From the NCBI GenBank assembly GCA_963666315.2, contig CAXXHG010000039.1, positions 32,001 through 96,000 of the forward strand: 64,000 nucleotides of DNA, in the 5' to 3' direction. The translations under genes and the position numbers were made by a program. Of the stretch, positions 50,987-60,242 are shown in pieces. The notes beneath the pieces were generated by a model. It saw nothing but the letters and a program-made list of their open reading frames with translations, had not been told where the DNA came from and made no database searches. Origin of the DNA: Candidatus Binatia bacterium. GTDB taxonomy: Bacteria; Desulfobacterota; Binatia; Bin18. Within the stretch, counting starts at the first letter, position 1, and the number at the start of each line of letters is the position of its first letter.

Positions 50987-52125
50987 ATGGCAGTCAAGGT
51001 CAGAAAGCGCAGAGACAAATGGTGGGTGTACATTGACCACAACAACAAACGGAAGGCCAAGTGTATCGGCCCGAGTAAACGCGCGGCGGATCAGGTAGCC
51101 GAGAAGATCCGGGCGAAGCTGGCACTGGGGGAAATGGGCATCCTCGACACAGAGAAAGAAGCTCCGTCCATCACCTTTGCAGAGTACCATCGGCATTGGT
51201 TCCAGCAGTACGTGGTGACAACGAAGAAGATACGGACGCAAGAGCAATACGAGATGATCGGCCGACTCCACCTGCTCCCAGTCTTTGGCGACGCCCGCTA
51301 CGTGACATCAAGGCAAAAGAGATCCGTCAGTTGGCCTTCCGCCTCCTCGCCGAGGGTCGAGCGCCCAATACTGTACGCAGGGTCCTGGTGGCGCTGAGTA
51401 GCCTCTTTCAGTTTGCGTGTAAGGACGAGGAAGTAGACCACAACCCTGTACGGGGTATTGCCGGCGAGATTCGGTCCAGCAATACCGAGGAGCGGAGTCC
51501 GGCAGATTTCTTGACACGCGAGGAACTTGGTCACGTGCTCCGGACTTGCCAAGAACAGATGTCCCGTCACTACCCTTTGGTCTCGCTCCTTGCGCGGACA
51601 GGGGTACGCATCGGGGAAGCGCTCGCCTTACGCTGGGACTGCGTGGACTTCCACGGCCGGTGCCTCATTATCAAGCATTCGGCTGATCGCGGCAGGATTG
51701 GGACACCGAAGTCGGGAAAAACGAGACGAGTGGATATGAGTCGAGGGCTGACCGAGACCCTCCAGGCGTATCATCTTCAGCAGCGGAAACGGGCGCTGCA
51801 GCAGGGCACGACGCAACCGTCGTTTCTGTTTACGACGCGTACCGGCGCCATGATGGACCGCGCTACCGTCCATCGGACCGTCTGGCAGCCACTCTTGCGG
51901 AAAGCGGAGATGCGGCATATCCGGGTCCATGACCTGCGGCATACGTTTGCGTCCTTGCTGATCCAGAACGGCGAGTCCTTGGCCTACGTAAAAGAGCAGA
52001 TGGGGCACAGTACGATTAAGATGACGGTGGACACCTACGGACACCTCGTACCCGGCGGGAATAGACAGGCAGTAGACCGGCTGGATGGGCTCGAAAAGGC
52101 AACCATCCGCAACCATACACTCTGA
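50987..52125 (+). pseudogene. int: tyrosine integrase split by a single frameshift
   Basis: N-terminal arm-binding part up to LLPVFG, frameshift near 51290, then RPLRDI... with intact catalytic R (TGVRIGE), K, HDLRH, MGH and Y. Confidence 0.9.
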
Positions 52126-52178
52126 GGGAGGGAAAAAGCGTGCTAAGTCCTGAGAAAGTCTCACTGTGTAGCGAACAA

Positions 52179-52197
52179 CACCCGATTGTCCAGATGT
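52179..52197 (+). repeat. attR core, CACCCGATTGTCCAGATGT
   Basis: Identical to 38852-38870, 54 bp after the integrase stop. Confidence 0.92.
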
Positions 52198-52435
52198 GTT
52201 GGGTTGTCGATGATATGGAAGCATCGGCCCAGCAGTGGGCCGCGACAATGGGGGCGGGACCGTTTTCCTGATCCCACATATTCAACTCGACGCGCTGACC
52301 TATCGGGGTAAACCTGCCACGCTGGATCAGTCGTCCGCCGTCGGCCAATGGGGCACGCTCCAAGTCGAGCGGTTTCAACAGCATTGCACCAACCCGTCCG
52401 GCGCGCGGGAAATGTACGCACCGGGAGAGACGGGG
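52179..52435 (+). pseudogene. VOC/glyoxalase-family gene, 3' portion; frameshifted and truncated
   Basis: HPIVQMCWVVDDMEASAQQWAATMGAGPF, frameshift at T4 52263, then FLIPHI..YRGKP..GQWGTLQVE..MYAPGETG. Confidence 0.75.
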
Positions 52436-53348
52436 TCGGCGGCTCATACGTCCACTGTCACATCAGTAGCGTTGGCGATAACGAGGCAAAAGACGACGAG
52501 GATTGCCTACGCATTATCCGGCGCTATCTGAGCTATTTCCCGACCAATGTATATACATCGCCGCCGCACGTTGAGCCGAGTGATGATCCAGAGCGCCGTG
52601 ATGAAGAGCTGCTTGCTATTGTGCCGCGTAACCGCAAGTGGCCGTATAATATGCTCTACGTGATGCGGCATCTGGTCGACCACGGCACGCTGTTCGAGCT
52701 CAAACCTCACTTCGGAAACTCGGTGGTGACCTGTTTGGCCCGTATGGACGGTGCAGTCGTTGGGCTAGTGGGCAATCAACCGCTGAATAGGTCTGGCATT
52801 ATTGATGGGGCGGCTGCCGATAAGGTGACCCACTTTATCCAGCTGTGTGACGCCTTCCACATCCCGCTCATCTTTCTGTCCGATGGGCCAGGCTTTATGA
52901 CCGGTTCTGTATCAGAACGCGAGGCGACCCTCCGTCGCGGGCTGCGTATTGCCTATGTCATGGCATATATCACTGTTCCTACAATCTCGGTTGTCTTACG
53001 CAAGGCCTATGGCATGGGCGCGGTTGCCATGTGTGGGCACAACAGCGGACAGATCCTGACCTTGGTCTGGCCATCCGGAGAGTTTGGCGCACTGCCGGTC
53101 GAAGGCGGTGTAGATGCGGGCCATAGACGTGCGTTGGCTGAGACCGAAGAGGGCGGGTGGACGCGCGAGGAACTGGAAGCGTACTACACGCAATTTGGGG
53201 TCCTCTCTCAACGGCGGAGACATCTAATTTCGACGATATTATTGACCCGCGTGAGACACGCCCGCGTATTATTCGAGCGCTGCGTGCTGCCCGTGCGCGT
53301 AACGCTGCGCCCCTCGGTCCGAAAATGCGACATGGGATTATGCCATAG
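52436..53348 (+). pseudogene. acyl-CoA carboxylase carboxyltransferase, C-terminal half
   Basis: GGSYVH, RRYLSYFP, LARMDG..VG.VGNQP, CDAFHIPLIFL.DGPGF, RKAYG motifs. Frameshift near 53197, then DDIIDPRETR..HGIMP. Confidence 0.85.
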
Positions 53349-53404
53349 TAGAGGCATCCCTTGTACCCGTGTGTCCGGGCGGGAAGTGGGCCGGAGGCGG
53401 GAGC

Positions 53405-54094
53405 CTATGCCTCCTCAGTCCTGTTCTGCCGCAATGCAGAAAGTGCACTTTCTACTCGGTCTAGGCGCTGAAGAATTTCCTGTTGCGGATCGGCGCGCAG
53501 ATAGCCCTGCTCAACAAGTTGGATGAAATTGCGAGCGACTTCATCCGCCGACAACGGTCCGTCGGGCTGGTACCACTGGTACAGCCAATTGCACATACCG
53601 AGAATGGCAAAAGAGACCAGCTTAGCAGGCAGTGGAGCCAGCCGCCCGGCTTGTATGCCTTCGGTAATCACCCCTTCAATCAGGCCGTCATACACGCGGC
53701 GTTCGGTTCGCGCCCGTTGGGCTATCTCTTCGGGCAGGTTGCTCTCTTCACTGAAAAAGACCCTCAGAAAATTCCCTTGGTCGGCCATCAACCGGACTTG
53801 ATGCCGGATAATTTGGCGCAACTTTTCTTCAGGCACTATGGCCTGGGAACAAATCTGACGCAAATCCCGCTGAAAGATCGCAATCGTACGCTCAAACACA
53901 CGAATAAGGAGCTCTTCTTTACTGGGACAATAACGGTAGAGGGTGACGCGCGAGATGCCCAGCCGCTCGGCGATGGTTTCGAGCGTAGTTGCCCGATAAC
54001 CCTGCTCCCCAAAGCAGTCCGCCGCCGCCTGCAAGATGGCTTCTTCACGCACAGCCTGCTTGCTGCCCCGTTCCCGTCCGTTCTTCGTAGCCAT
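53405..54094 (-). CDS. TetR family regulator (KstR2-like C-terminus)
   Basis: ILQAAADCFGEQGYRATTLETIAERLGIS..TLYRY..SKEEL, GMCNWLYQWYQPDG motifs. Confidence 0.92.
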   Translation of the reverse strand: MATKNGRERGSKQAVREEAILQAAADCFGEQGYRATTLETIAERLGISRVTLYRYCPSKEELLIRVFERTIAIFQRDLRQICSQAIVPEEKLRQIIRHQVRLMADQGNFLRVFFSEESNLPEEIAQRARTERRVYDGLIEGVITEGIQAGRLAPLPAKLVSFAILGMCNWLYQWYQPDGPLSADEVARNFIQLVEQGYLRADPQQEILQRLDRVESALSALRQNRTEEA

Positions 54095-54246
54095 GCCCTG
54101 CGCTTACTGGATTCGCCCCGGTCGTGCAAGCCGCCTCCTGTCGTCCGATCTTTCTCTTCTTTTCCCTTTGCCCCCCTTGTCAGGGGACGCTTGGACTTGG
54201 TATGCGCGAAAAAAGAGAAAGGGCATTCTAGTGCGAGGAGGTGGAG

Positions 54247-54804
54247 ATGCCGCGATCCCGGTTGCCGAAGGAAAGTGTGCTCGTCCTGGGAGGCGCGCGC
54301 TCAGGAAAGAGCGACTACGCCTTACAGCGAACACTCAAGTGGAAAGGCCAGCTGGTCTATTTTGCGACGGCCGAGGCGAAAGATGAGGAGATGAAAGAGC
54401 GTATTGCCCGCCATCGTGCTGAGCGTCGCAGCCGACGCTGGGTGACAGTAGAGGAGCCTCTAGAAGTCGTCTGGCGGCTGAAGGAAATGGACGACGATAT
54501 TGGGGCGGTGATCCTCGACTGTGTGACCCTGTGGGTCTCGAATGCCCTGCTCAATGACCAAAAAGATGATTTGGAGAGCCAGGTTGCTGAGCTTGTCGAG
54601 GAACTCCCCCTTTTCCCTTTCCACTTTCTTGCTGTGAGCAATGAGGTGGGCTTAGGCATCGTTCCGGATTCGCTTCTCGGTCGGGAGTATCGCGATTTGC
54701 TTGGCTCGGTAAACCAACGACTGGCCCGAGTGTGTAATGAGGTTGTGTTTATGACTGCCGGGATTCCCATGCAGCTGAAAGGCAGCTCAAAGGAGAGTCC
54801 GTGA
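54247..54804 (+). CDS. cobU: adenosylcobinamide kinase / guanylyltransferase
   Basis: GGARSGKS, EMKERIARH, DCVTLW.SN, SNEVGLGIVP, RDLLG.VNQ motifs. Confidence 0.94.
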   Translation: MPRSRLPKESVLVLGGARSGKSDYALQRTLKWKGQLVYFATAEAKDEEMKERIARHRAERRSRRWVTVEEPLEVVWRLKEMDDDIGAVILDCVTLWVSNALLNDQKDDLESQVAELVEELPLFPFHFLAVSNEVGLGIVPDSLLGREYRDLLGSVNQRLARVCNEVVFMTAGIPMQLKGSSKESP

Positions 54805-55868
54805 GATTAATGCAAGAGACACTGGGCCAGATCACTCCAATTCTTTCTGATTTGGCCGACACCGTCCAAGCCCGTCTTGATCAACTCACCAAGCCGCAGG
54901 GCAGCCTGGGACGGTTAGAAGATATTGCCCGGTGCTGTGTGATGATCACTGGACGCGAACATCCGCAGGTGACGAAAAAAGTCCTCTTTGTCTTCTGTGG
55001 CGATCATGGCGTGGCAGCCGAAGGCGTGAGTGCGTACCCACGAGAAGTAACGGCCCAAATGGTGCTCAACTGTCTCCACGGCGGGGCAGCTATTTGCGTG
55101 CTGGCTCGTCAGCTTGGTATCGATGTGAATATTGTTGATGTCGGGGTTGATGCAGATTTTTCTCCTGAACAACCTGAACAATTTGGGTTCATCAACAAAA
55201 AGATTGGACGTGGAACAGCAAATTTTACTCAGCAGCCCGCCATGACTCAGGAAGCAGCGGTGCGGGCTATTGAAGTTGGGATTGCTCTGACCGCTAAGGC
55301 GATACACAATGGTGCCCAGCTCATCGGCGCGGGGGAGATGGGCATAGGCAATACCACATCGGCGACCGCGCTGTTGTGTGCGTTGAGTGGATTCAGTCCG
55401 GAAGAGCTGACCGGGGTGGGAACCGGAATACATGAAGAGGCGCGGCAGAAGAAAATCGCAGTTATTCGCACTGCCCTCGCTCTTCACACGCTTGAGCGAG
55501 CCGACCCTCTCGGTATTCTGGCTCACCTTGGTGGATATGAAATCGCTGCTATGGTCGGTGTCTATCTCGCCGGAGCGGCGCAAAAGGTTCCGCTCCTTGT
55601 TGACGGTTTTATCGCGACCAGTGCCGCCTGGATTGCCTGCGGCCTGAGCCCCGCAGTAAAAGGCCATCTCATATTTGCGCATTGTTCTGCGGAGCAGGGC
55701 CATCAAAAAGTTCTGGATGCACTCCACGTACAGGCGTTGCTGGATCTCAAGATGAGGTTGGGTGAAGGAACCGGCGCAGCACTGGGGATGAGTATCGTCG
55801 AGTCTGCCGTCCGACTGTACAGTGAAATGGCGACTTTTGCTGAAGCGGCAGTCTCAGAAAAAGCGTAA
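54801..55868 (+). CDS. cobT: nicotinate-nucleotide:DMB phosphoribosyltransferase
   Basis: LTKPQGSLGRLE, GDHGVAAEGVSAYP, GEMGIGNTT, DGFIA, MRLGEGTGA motifs. Confidence 0.95.
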   Translation: MRLMQETLGQITPILSDLADTVQARLDQLTKPQGSLGRLEDIARCCVMITGREHPQVTKKVLFVFCGDHGVAAEGVSAYPREVTAQMVLNCLHGGAAICVLARQLGIDVNIVDVGVDADFSPEQPEQFGFINKKIGRGTANFTQQPAMTQEAAVRAIEVGIALTAKAIHNGAQLIGAGEMGIGNTTSATALLCALSGFSPEELTGVGTGIHEEARQKKIAVIRTALALHTLERADPLGILAHLGGYEIAAMVGVYLAGAAQKVPLLVDGFIATSAAWIACGLSPAVKGHLIFAHCSAEQGHQKVLDALHVQALLDLKMRLGEGTGAALGMSIVESAVRLYSEMATFAEAAVSEKA

Positions 55869-56450
55869 TGGCTGCTCCTCAAGACGGACAAGATGGGCAA
55901 GATAAGCAAAATGGGAAAAACGGGCAAGACAAGCGTGCGACTCCGTGGGCTGTGAAAGTGCAGGGCGCAACGCTTGTTGTCTCTCTGCCTGTTCCGTATC
56001 GAGTCCTGAGTTGGGCGCCTCTCAATCCTGGATTCGTAGAAGCTCGAACCATCATCAACCATCACGTCAGCATCAAAAATCCGATACCCGACGAACCGGC
56101 GTATGCTTTGACGCAGCACGCCCAACAGTTACATCTTGCCTTCCCGGTTGTTGGGCTGATGACCGGAGTACGCATGGAGCGGCTCGTACGACAGACCGAA
56201 CAGCTCGACGCGCTGATGCTTGAATGTTGCGCGACGGTTGGATTGACGAATGCCCTGGCGGTAGGCGATCACGCGACCTATGAGGAGAGGCCGGGGACTA
56301 TCAACCTGATTGTCTTGCTCGATCAGCCGCTCACTGCAGGTGCGATGGTCGAAGCTATTTCCCTTGTGACCGAGGCAAAGCTGCAATCTCTACAAGCTGC
56401 TGACGTGCGCAGTACAGTTTCTCACTCGCTCGCAACGGGCACAGGAACGG
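55868..56450 (+). pseudogene. cbiZ: adenosylcobinamide amidohydrolase, 3'-truncated
   Basis: LSWAPLN.G, VGLMTG, ATVGLTNA, GTINLIV, VTEAK, ATGTGT motifs. Homology stops at the conserved TGTxTD motif. Confidence 0.85.
55880..55933 (+). repeat. imperfect 9-bp coding repeat (QDG/QDK/QNG x6)
   Basis: CAAGACGGA CAAGATGGG CAAGATAAG CAAAATGGG AAAAACGGG CAAGACAAG. Confidence 0.7.
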
Positions 56451-56798
56451 AACTTCGTTCCTGTGCGGCTGACTGCGTTGGCGATCATCGCTGCAGCCTG
56501 GCTGCTGCGCTGGGTCGGGCGGGGCTATGACGGCGCCGCAGCCTGGCGCATAACCCGGCGTGACGGTCACAAACACGCCAGCCCGAATGCCGGCTATCCT
56601 GAGGCGGCCTTGGCCGGCGCCTTAGGCGTCCAGTTCGGCGGTCCGAGCGGGTACTTTGGGACGGTCGTTGATAAACCGACATTGGGAGAGCCGAGTCCGT
56701 CACTGCCTCCTGCTCTTATATCGCAAAGTCTGACCTTAATCGATGCACCCAGTGTTGTGTCGGTGAGTCTCTGTACTGCTTTACTTCTCTTTTTTTAA
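56451..56798 (+). pseudogene. cbiB: adenosylcobinamide-phosphate synthase, 3' remnant
   Basis: NFVPVRLTA, RDGHKHASPNAGYPEAALAGALGVQFGG..YFG..VDKPTLG motifs. Confidence 0.88.
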
Positions 56799-56922
56799 GC
56801 TCCGGTAAGCCCTCTAAGCCCCTCTAAGTGCCTGTCAAGTCCGCTCTCTCTTGCGTCTATTGAGGAGGGCAGGATAAGGAGAAGGGAGCGCAAGAGAAGA
56901 AAGAGAAGCTAAGGAGGGAACC

Positions 56923-57447
56923 ATGGGTAACATTCACGTCTCAAAAGAAGATATGCTGAAACGGGTCGCGCGCTTTAAAGATCTGAAGTCCAGTGACCAG
57001 GCCTTTGTGGACAGCAAGATCCCCGGCCATGAACGGAACATCTTCAACGTCATTGGCCGGGGCGTCACTGAGGATACGAACCTCAGTCCTGCCATTACCG
57101 CGGTCCAGGATTTTAACGTCACCTATGTTGGCGCGAGTCCGGGAAAAGGTGCGGCCCTGCACAGTCATAGTACGGTGGAAGTCTTTATTCCCCTATCCGG
57201 GAAGTGGTCGATTTTCTGGGGGGATGAAGGTGAGCAAGAGATCATTCTCGAAACCTGGGATACGGTTTCGGTTCCAACTGGAATCATGCGCGGCTTCCGC
57301 AATGTCGGGACTGAAGATGCGCACTTGATGGCTATCCTAGGCGGGACAGATCCTGGCCATGTGGCCTGGGCTCCGCAGGTTCTGGAACAGGCGAAACAGA
57401 CCGAACTCACACTTGATGCGGAGGGGAATCTGCTGCCGGAAAATTAG
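56923..57447 (+). CDS. cupin domain protein
   Basis: AAGGAGG RBS. PGKGAALHSH..VEVFIPL.GKW, DTVSVPTG..RGFRN motifs. Confidence 0.85.
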   Translation: MGNIHVSKEDMLKRVARFKDLKSSDQAFVDSKIPGHERNIFNVIGRGVTEDTNLSPAITAVQDFNVTYVGASPGKGAALHSHSTVEVFIPLSGKWSIFWGDEGEQEIILETWDTVSVPTGIMRGFRNVGTEDAHLMAILGGTDPGHVAWAPQVLEQAKQTELTLDAEGNLLPEN

Positions 57448-57622
57448 AGTGTCCCCGTTACTTGTGAAGTAATCGTCTCAAGCAGTCCATGCTGTACTGC
57501 CACGCCGGACTGCCGTCTGAGAATCTAGGCGAGGTTGGAACCCTAACCAGTTTGGCTTTTTTGCCAGTTCAGTATAAACCTGCCCCTGCATCTCTACCGT
57601 TTCTCCGACCGACAAATCCCGG

Positions 57623-58689
57623 ATGCACGGTGGCAATGTCGTTGCCTTTGCACGGGAGCGGGGTGTTGCACAAGAACGCATCCTTGACTTTAGTGCGAGC
57701 ATCAACCCGCTTGGCCCTCCGTCAGCCGTGAAAGCAGCCTATCGACGGGCGGTGTCCGGCATGAGCCATTACCCACAGCCCTATGCCGATACGCTAGTCA
57801 CCGCCCTGGCCGCCTATCATGGTCTGGCGTCCTCCGCGATTTCGGCCGGCAATGGCTCGACCCAGTTGATCTATCTTGTGGCGCGCGTGTTTACGCCGCA
57901 GCGGGTCCTGTGTATTGCCCCGCTCTTTAGCGAGCATAGATATGCTTTTCATCTCGGTGGTGCACGGGTCAAGCAACTTGTCCTGCGACCTCCCCGATTT
58001 TCCCTGTCATTAGATCGTTTGCGCACAGCGCTAGACATTTGTTAGAACATGCTGGTGCTGACCAATCCCAATAGTCCAACCAGCCAGGTTATGCCCCGGG
58101 AACAGGTCAGGGATATCGTGCGCCTGTGTCGGCAGACTCAGACGCGATTGCTGATTGATGAAACATCTATGGATTGGCTGGAAGAAGAATCCACCAAACG
58201 TCTGGCTATTCGTAATCGTCACCTCATTGTTGTACGTTCGCTCACTAAATTTTTCGCTTTGCCGGGGCTGCGGGTGCGCTATCTGATTGCCTGCCCGTCC
58301 GTTGTGCGGCTGCTACGCAAACACCTCGAACCCTGGTCAGTAAACGGCGTAGCCATAGCAGTGGCCCGCGTCTGCTTGCAGGATCAAGGCTATGTTCGAC
58401 GCAGCAGAACATTTATGAGCCACGAACGGGCGTGGTTGCGGGAGCGTCTCAAAAAAATTTCAAACGTATCGGTTTTCCATCCTAAGCGAATTTTCTCCTT
58501 ACTCAATTGGCTATGAAGACTATTGCCGCACCTCAGCTCGCCAAGGAACTGGCGCAGCAGAATATGCTGATCCGGTCGTGTGAGGATTTCCACGGTCTTG
58601 ATACACGTTTCTTTCGCGTAGCGGTCAGGCTGCGCCAAGAGAATGGACGATTATTGGCGGCTTTGCGAGCGGTTCTGGGGAATACGTAG
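57623..58689 (+). pseudogene. cobD: threonine-phosphate decarboxylase pseudogene
   Basis: HGGN, DFSASINPLG, GNGSTQLI motifs. In-frame TAG at 58043, then NPNSPT, RSLTKFFALPGLR. Frameshift near 58485, then IRSCEDF.GL..FFRVAV. Confidence 0.88.
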
Positions 58690-58714
58690 CCTGACAGGCG
58701 ACACCGATACGCTC

Positions 58715-59464
58715 TTATTTTTTCTCGAAATGTTTACGCATCGCCGCAAAACTGAGGCGTTGGTGATACGCCAGCTCGTCGTCGGGATAGCGGTGCTCCC
58801 GGCCGTACACGCACTGGCAGCGGGCGTGACAGCGGCCAACACAATCGGTCGAGACTCGCACACGGTGCTGGACGCAAGACGGAATGTCCCAGCCTTTTGC
58901 AACGTCGATCGCACTGGCTGGGCATGCGGCCATGCAGGCCCGCTCTGTACAGCTTGGGCAGGGGTCAAAGCCTGGCGCAACAGGAGGGACCGAGAGTTCT
59001 TGGTCAATGAGAATGGCCGCCCGCAAAGCCATCCAGGGTCCATATTCTGGGTGTATCATCACCCCGAGAATACTCGGCCCCGCCAGCCCCGCTGCTTGTG
59101 TTAAATGCATGAAGGAGACGGTGAGGCCGTCAAAAAACTGGAATGGATAGATATAGCGATAACGGGCTTTTGTGAGATCCAAGTGGTGGGTAAGTGTGCC
59201 CTCGATGATGGCAACCGTATAGGCATCAAGCGGATGCTTGTGTTGCTGAAAATAGCCGGGTCTGGCATCCGCATAGTCGCGAAAGTGTTCCCAGAATTCT
59301 CCTCCGCCATTCCCAATAACGATCACCGTCTTTGCAGTGGGGAGGAGAGTGCCAATGTGATATTTGGGCGTGACTAATGCTTCGTAGTCGGCCACCGGGG
59401 TGGTCCCAATGAGGTTGAGGCCGGCTGGAGCGAGGGCGGTTGTAATGTTTTGGAGGAGATTCAT
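58715..59464 (-). CDS. Fe-S protein with MMACHC/QueG-like cobalamin-binding fold
   Basis: IGNGG, HPLD, IHPEYGPWMALRAA, CPSC....C...CP and C..C...CHARCQC motifs. Confidence 0.65.
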   Translation of the reverse strand: MNLLQNITTALAPAGLNLIGTTPVADYEALVTPKYHIGTLLPTAKTVIVIGNGGGEFWEHFRDYADARPGYFQQHKHPLDAYTVAIIEGTLTHHLDLTKARYRYIYPFQFFDGLTVSFMHLTQAAGLAGPSILGVMIHPEYGPWMALRAAILIDQELSVPPVAPGFDPCPSCTERACMAACPASAIDVAKGWDIPSCVQHRVRVSTDCVGRCHARCQCVYGREHRYPDDELAYHQRLSFAAMRKHFEKK

Positions 59465-59492
59465 CTCTCTCTTGGCCTTTCCTCGCTTTTCT

Positions 59493-60242
59493 TCATTTCT
59501 CATAATTCACTGCGATCAGAAATAATCCTTGCGGCGGGGCAGTACGTCCGGCCTGGGATCGATCCTGGGCTGCAAGGATCGCGGAAAAATCGTCGACGCT
59601 CAGTGCCCCGCGCCCGACTTCGACGAGCGCGCCGACAATATTCCGTACCATGTGGCGCAGAAACGATCGGGCTTCTACATCATACACGAGAAAGCCGTGC
59701 TGGAGACGGACCGTGCTCCGGATCATGGTCCGCCAGGGCGTACGTTCCACTGAGTCGGCCCCTTGAAAAGAGGAAAAGTCGTGGTGGCCGACAAGCACCG
59801 CAGCGGCTTGGTTCATGGCAGACTGGTCTAAGGCCAAGGCGACATGCCACGAGTAGCGAGCAAACAGGGCGGACGGATACGACTGATTCCACACACGATA
59901 GCGGTAGGTGCGGCTGGAGGCATCATAGCGCGGGTTAAATTCCTCAGAGATTTCCGTCATCTCTCGGATCACAATGTCAGGAGGGAGCAGGGAATTGACG
60001 CTGTGCTGAAAGCGCGGCAGGTTAAGCGGACCCGCTGCGTGGAAGGTGGCTACCTGGCCCAGTGCATGCACGCCTGCATCCGTTCGTCCAGCGACATGCA
60101 GGCGCGTAGGCGTATTCAGGATTTGTGATAGAACCGCCACAAGTGTACCTTGGACCGTAGCTCCATTGGGCTGGAGCTGCCAGCCGTGGTAGTTGGTGCC
60201 GTCATATTCGAGCAGCAGTTTATAATGCACTCCGTTCCTCAA
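59493..60242 (-). CDS. truA: tRNA pseudouridine(38-40) synthase
   Basis: EYDGTNYHGWQ.Q, AGRTDAGVHA.GQV, HDFSSF, SFLRHMVR, TAPPQGL motifs. Confidence 0.96.
   Translation of the reverse strand: MRNGVHYKLLLEYDGTNYHGWQLQPNGATVQGTLVAVLSQILNTPTRLHVAGRTDAGVHALGQVATFHAAGPLNLPRFQHSVNSLLPPDIVIREMTEISEEFNPRYDASSRTYRYRVWNQSYPSALFARYSWHVALALDQSAMNQAAAVLVGHHDFSSFQGADSVERTPWRTMIRSTVRLQHGFLVYDVEARSFLRHMVRNIVGALVEVGRGALSVDDFSAILAAQDRSQAGRTAPPQGLFLIAVNYEK

Larger units (their letters stand above)
38852..52197 (+). mobile_element. ~13.3 kb integrative, phage-satellite-like element (decaying)
   Basis: 19-bp terminal direct repeats, tyrosine integrase at the right end, xis-like HTH, SF4 helicase, iteron origin, radC. 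Confidence 0.88.

Noticed and set aside
38852-52197. Complete prophage or conjugative element
   Set aside because: No capsid, terminase, tail, relaxase or T4SS genes were recognisable between the att sites.
54095-54246. Cobalamin riboswitch upstream of cobU
   Set aside because: No GGGAA/B12-box (GCCACTG, AGYCAG) elements were recognisable. There is only a pyrimidine/purine-rich possible stem.
53483-54394. Long alternative ORFs (also 15167-16078, 54915-55727, 9632-10345, 28354-29082)
   Set aside because: They are antisense shadows of well-supported genes and show no motifs, which is expected in GC-rich DNA.
56803-56845. TAAGCCC(C)TC-like short tandem repeats as a distinct element
   Set aside because: Only two good and two degenerate copies, with no associated gene. 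Too little to assign a function.
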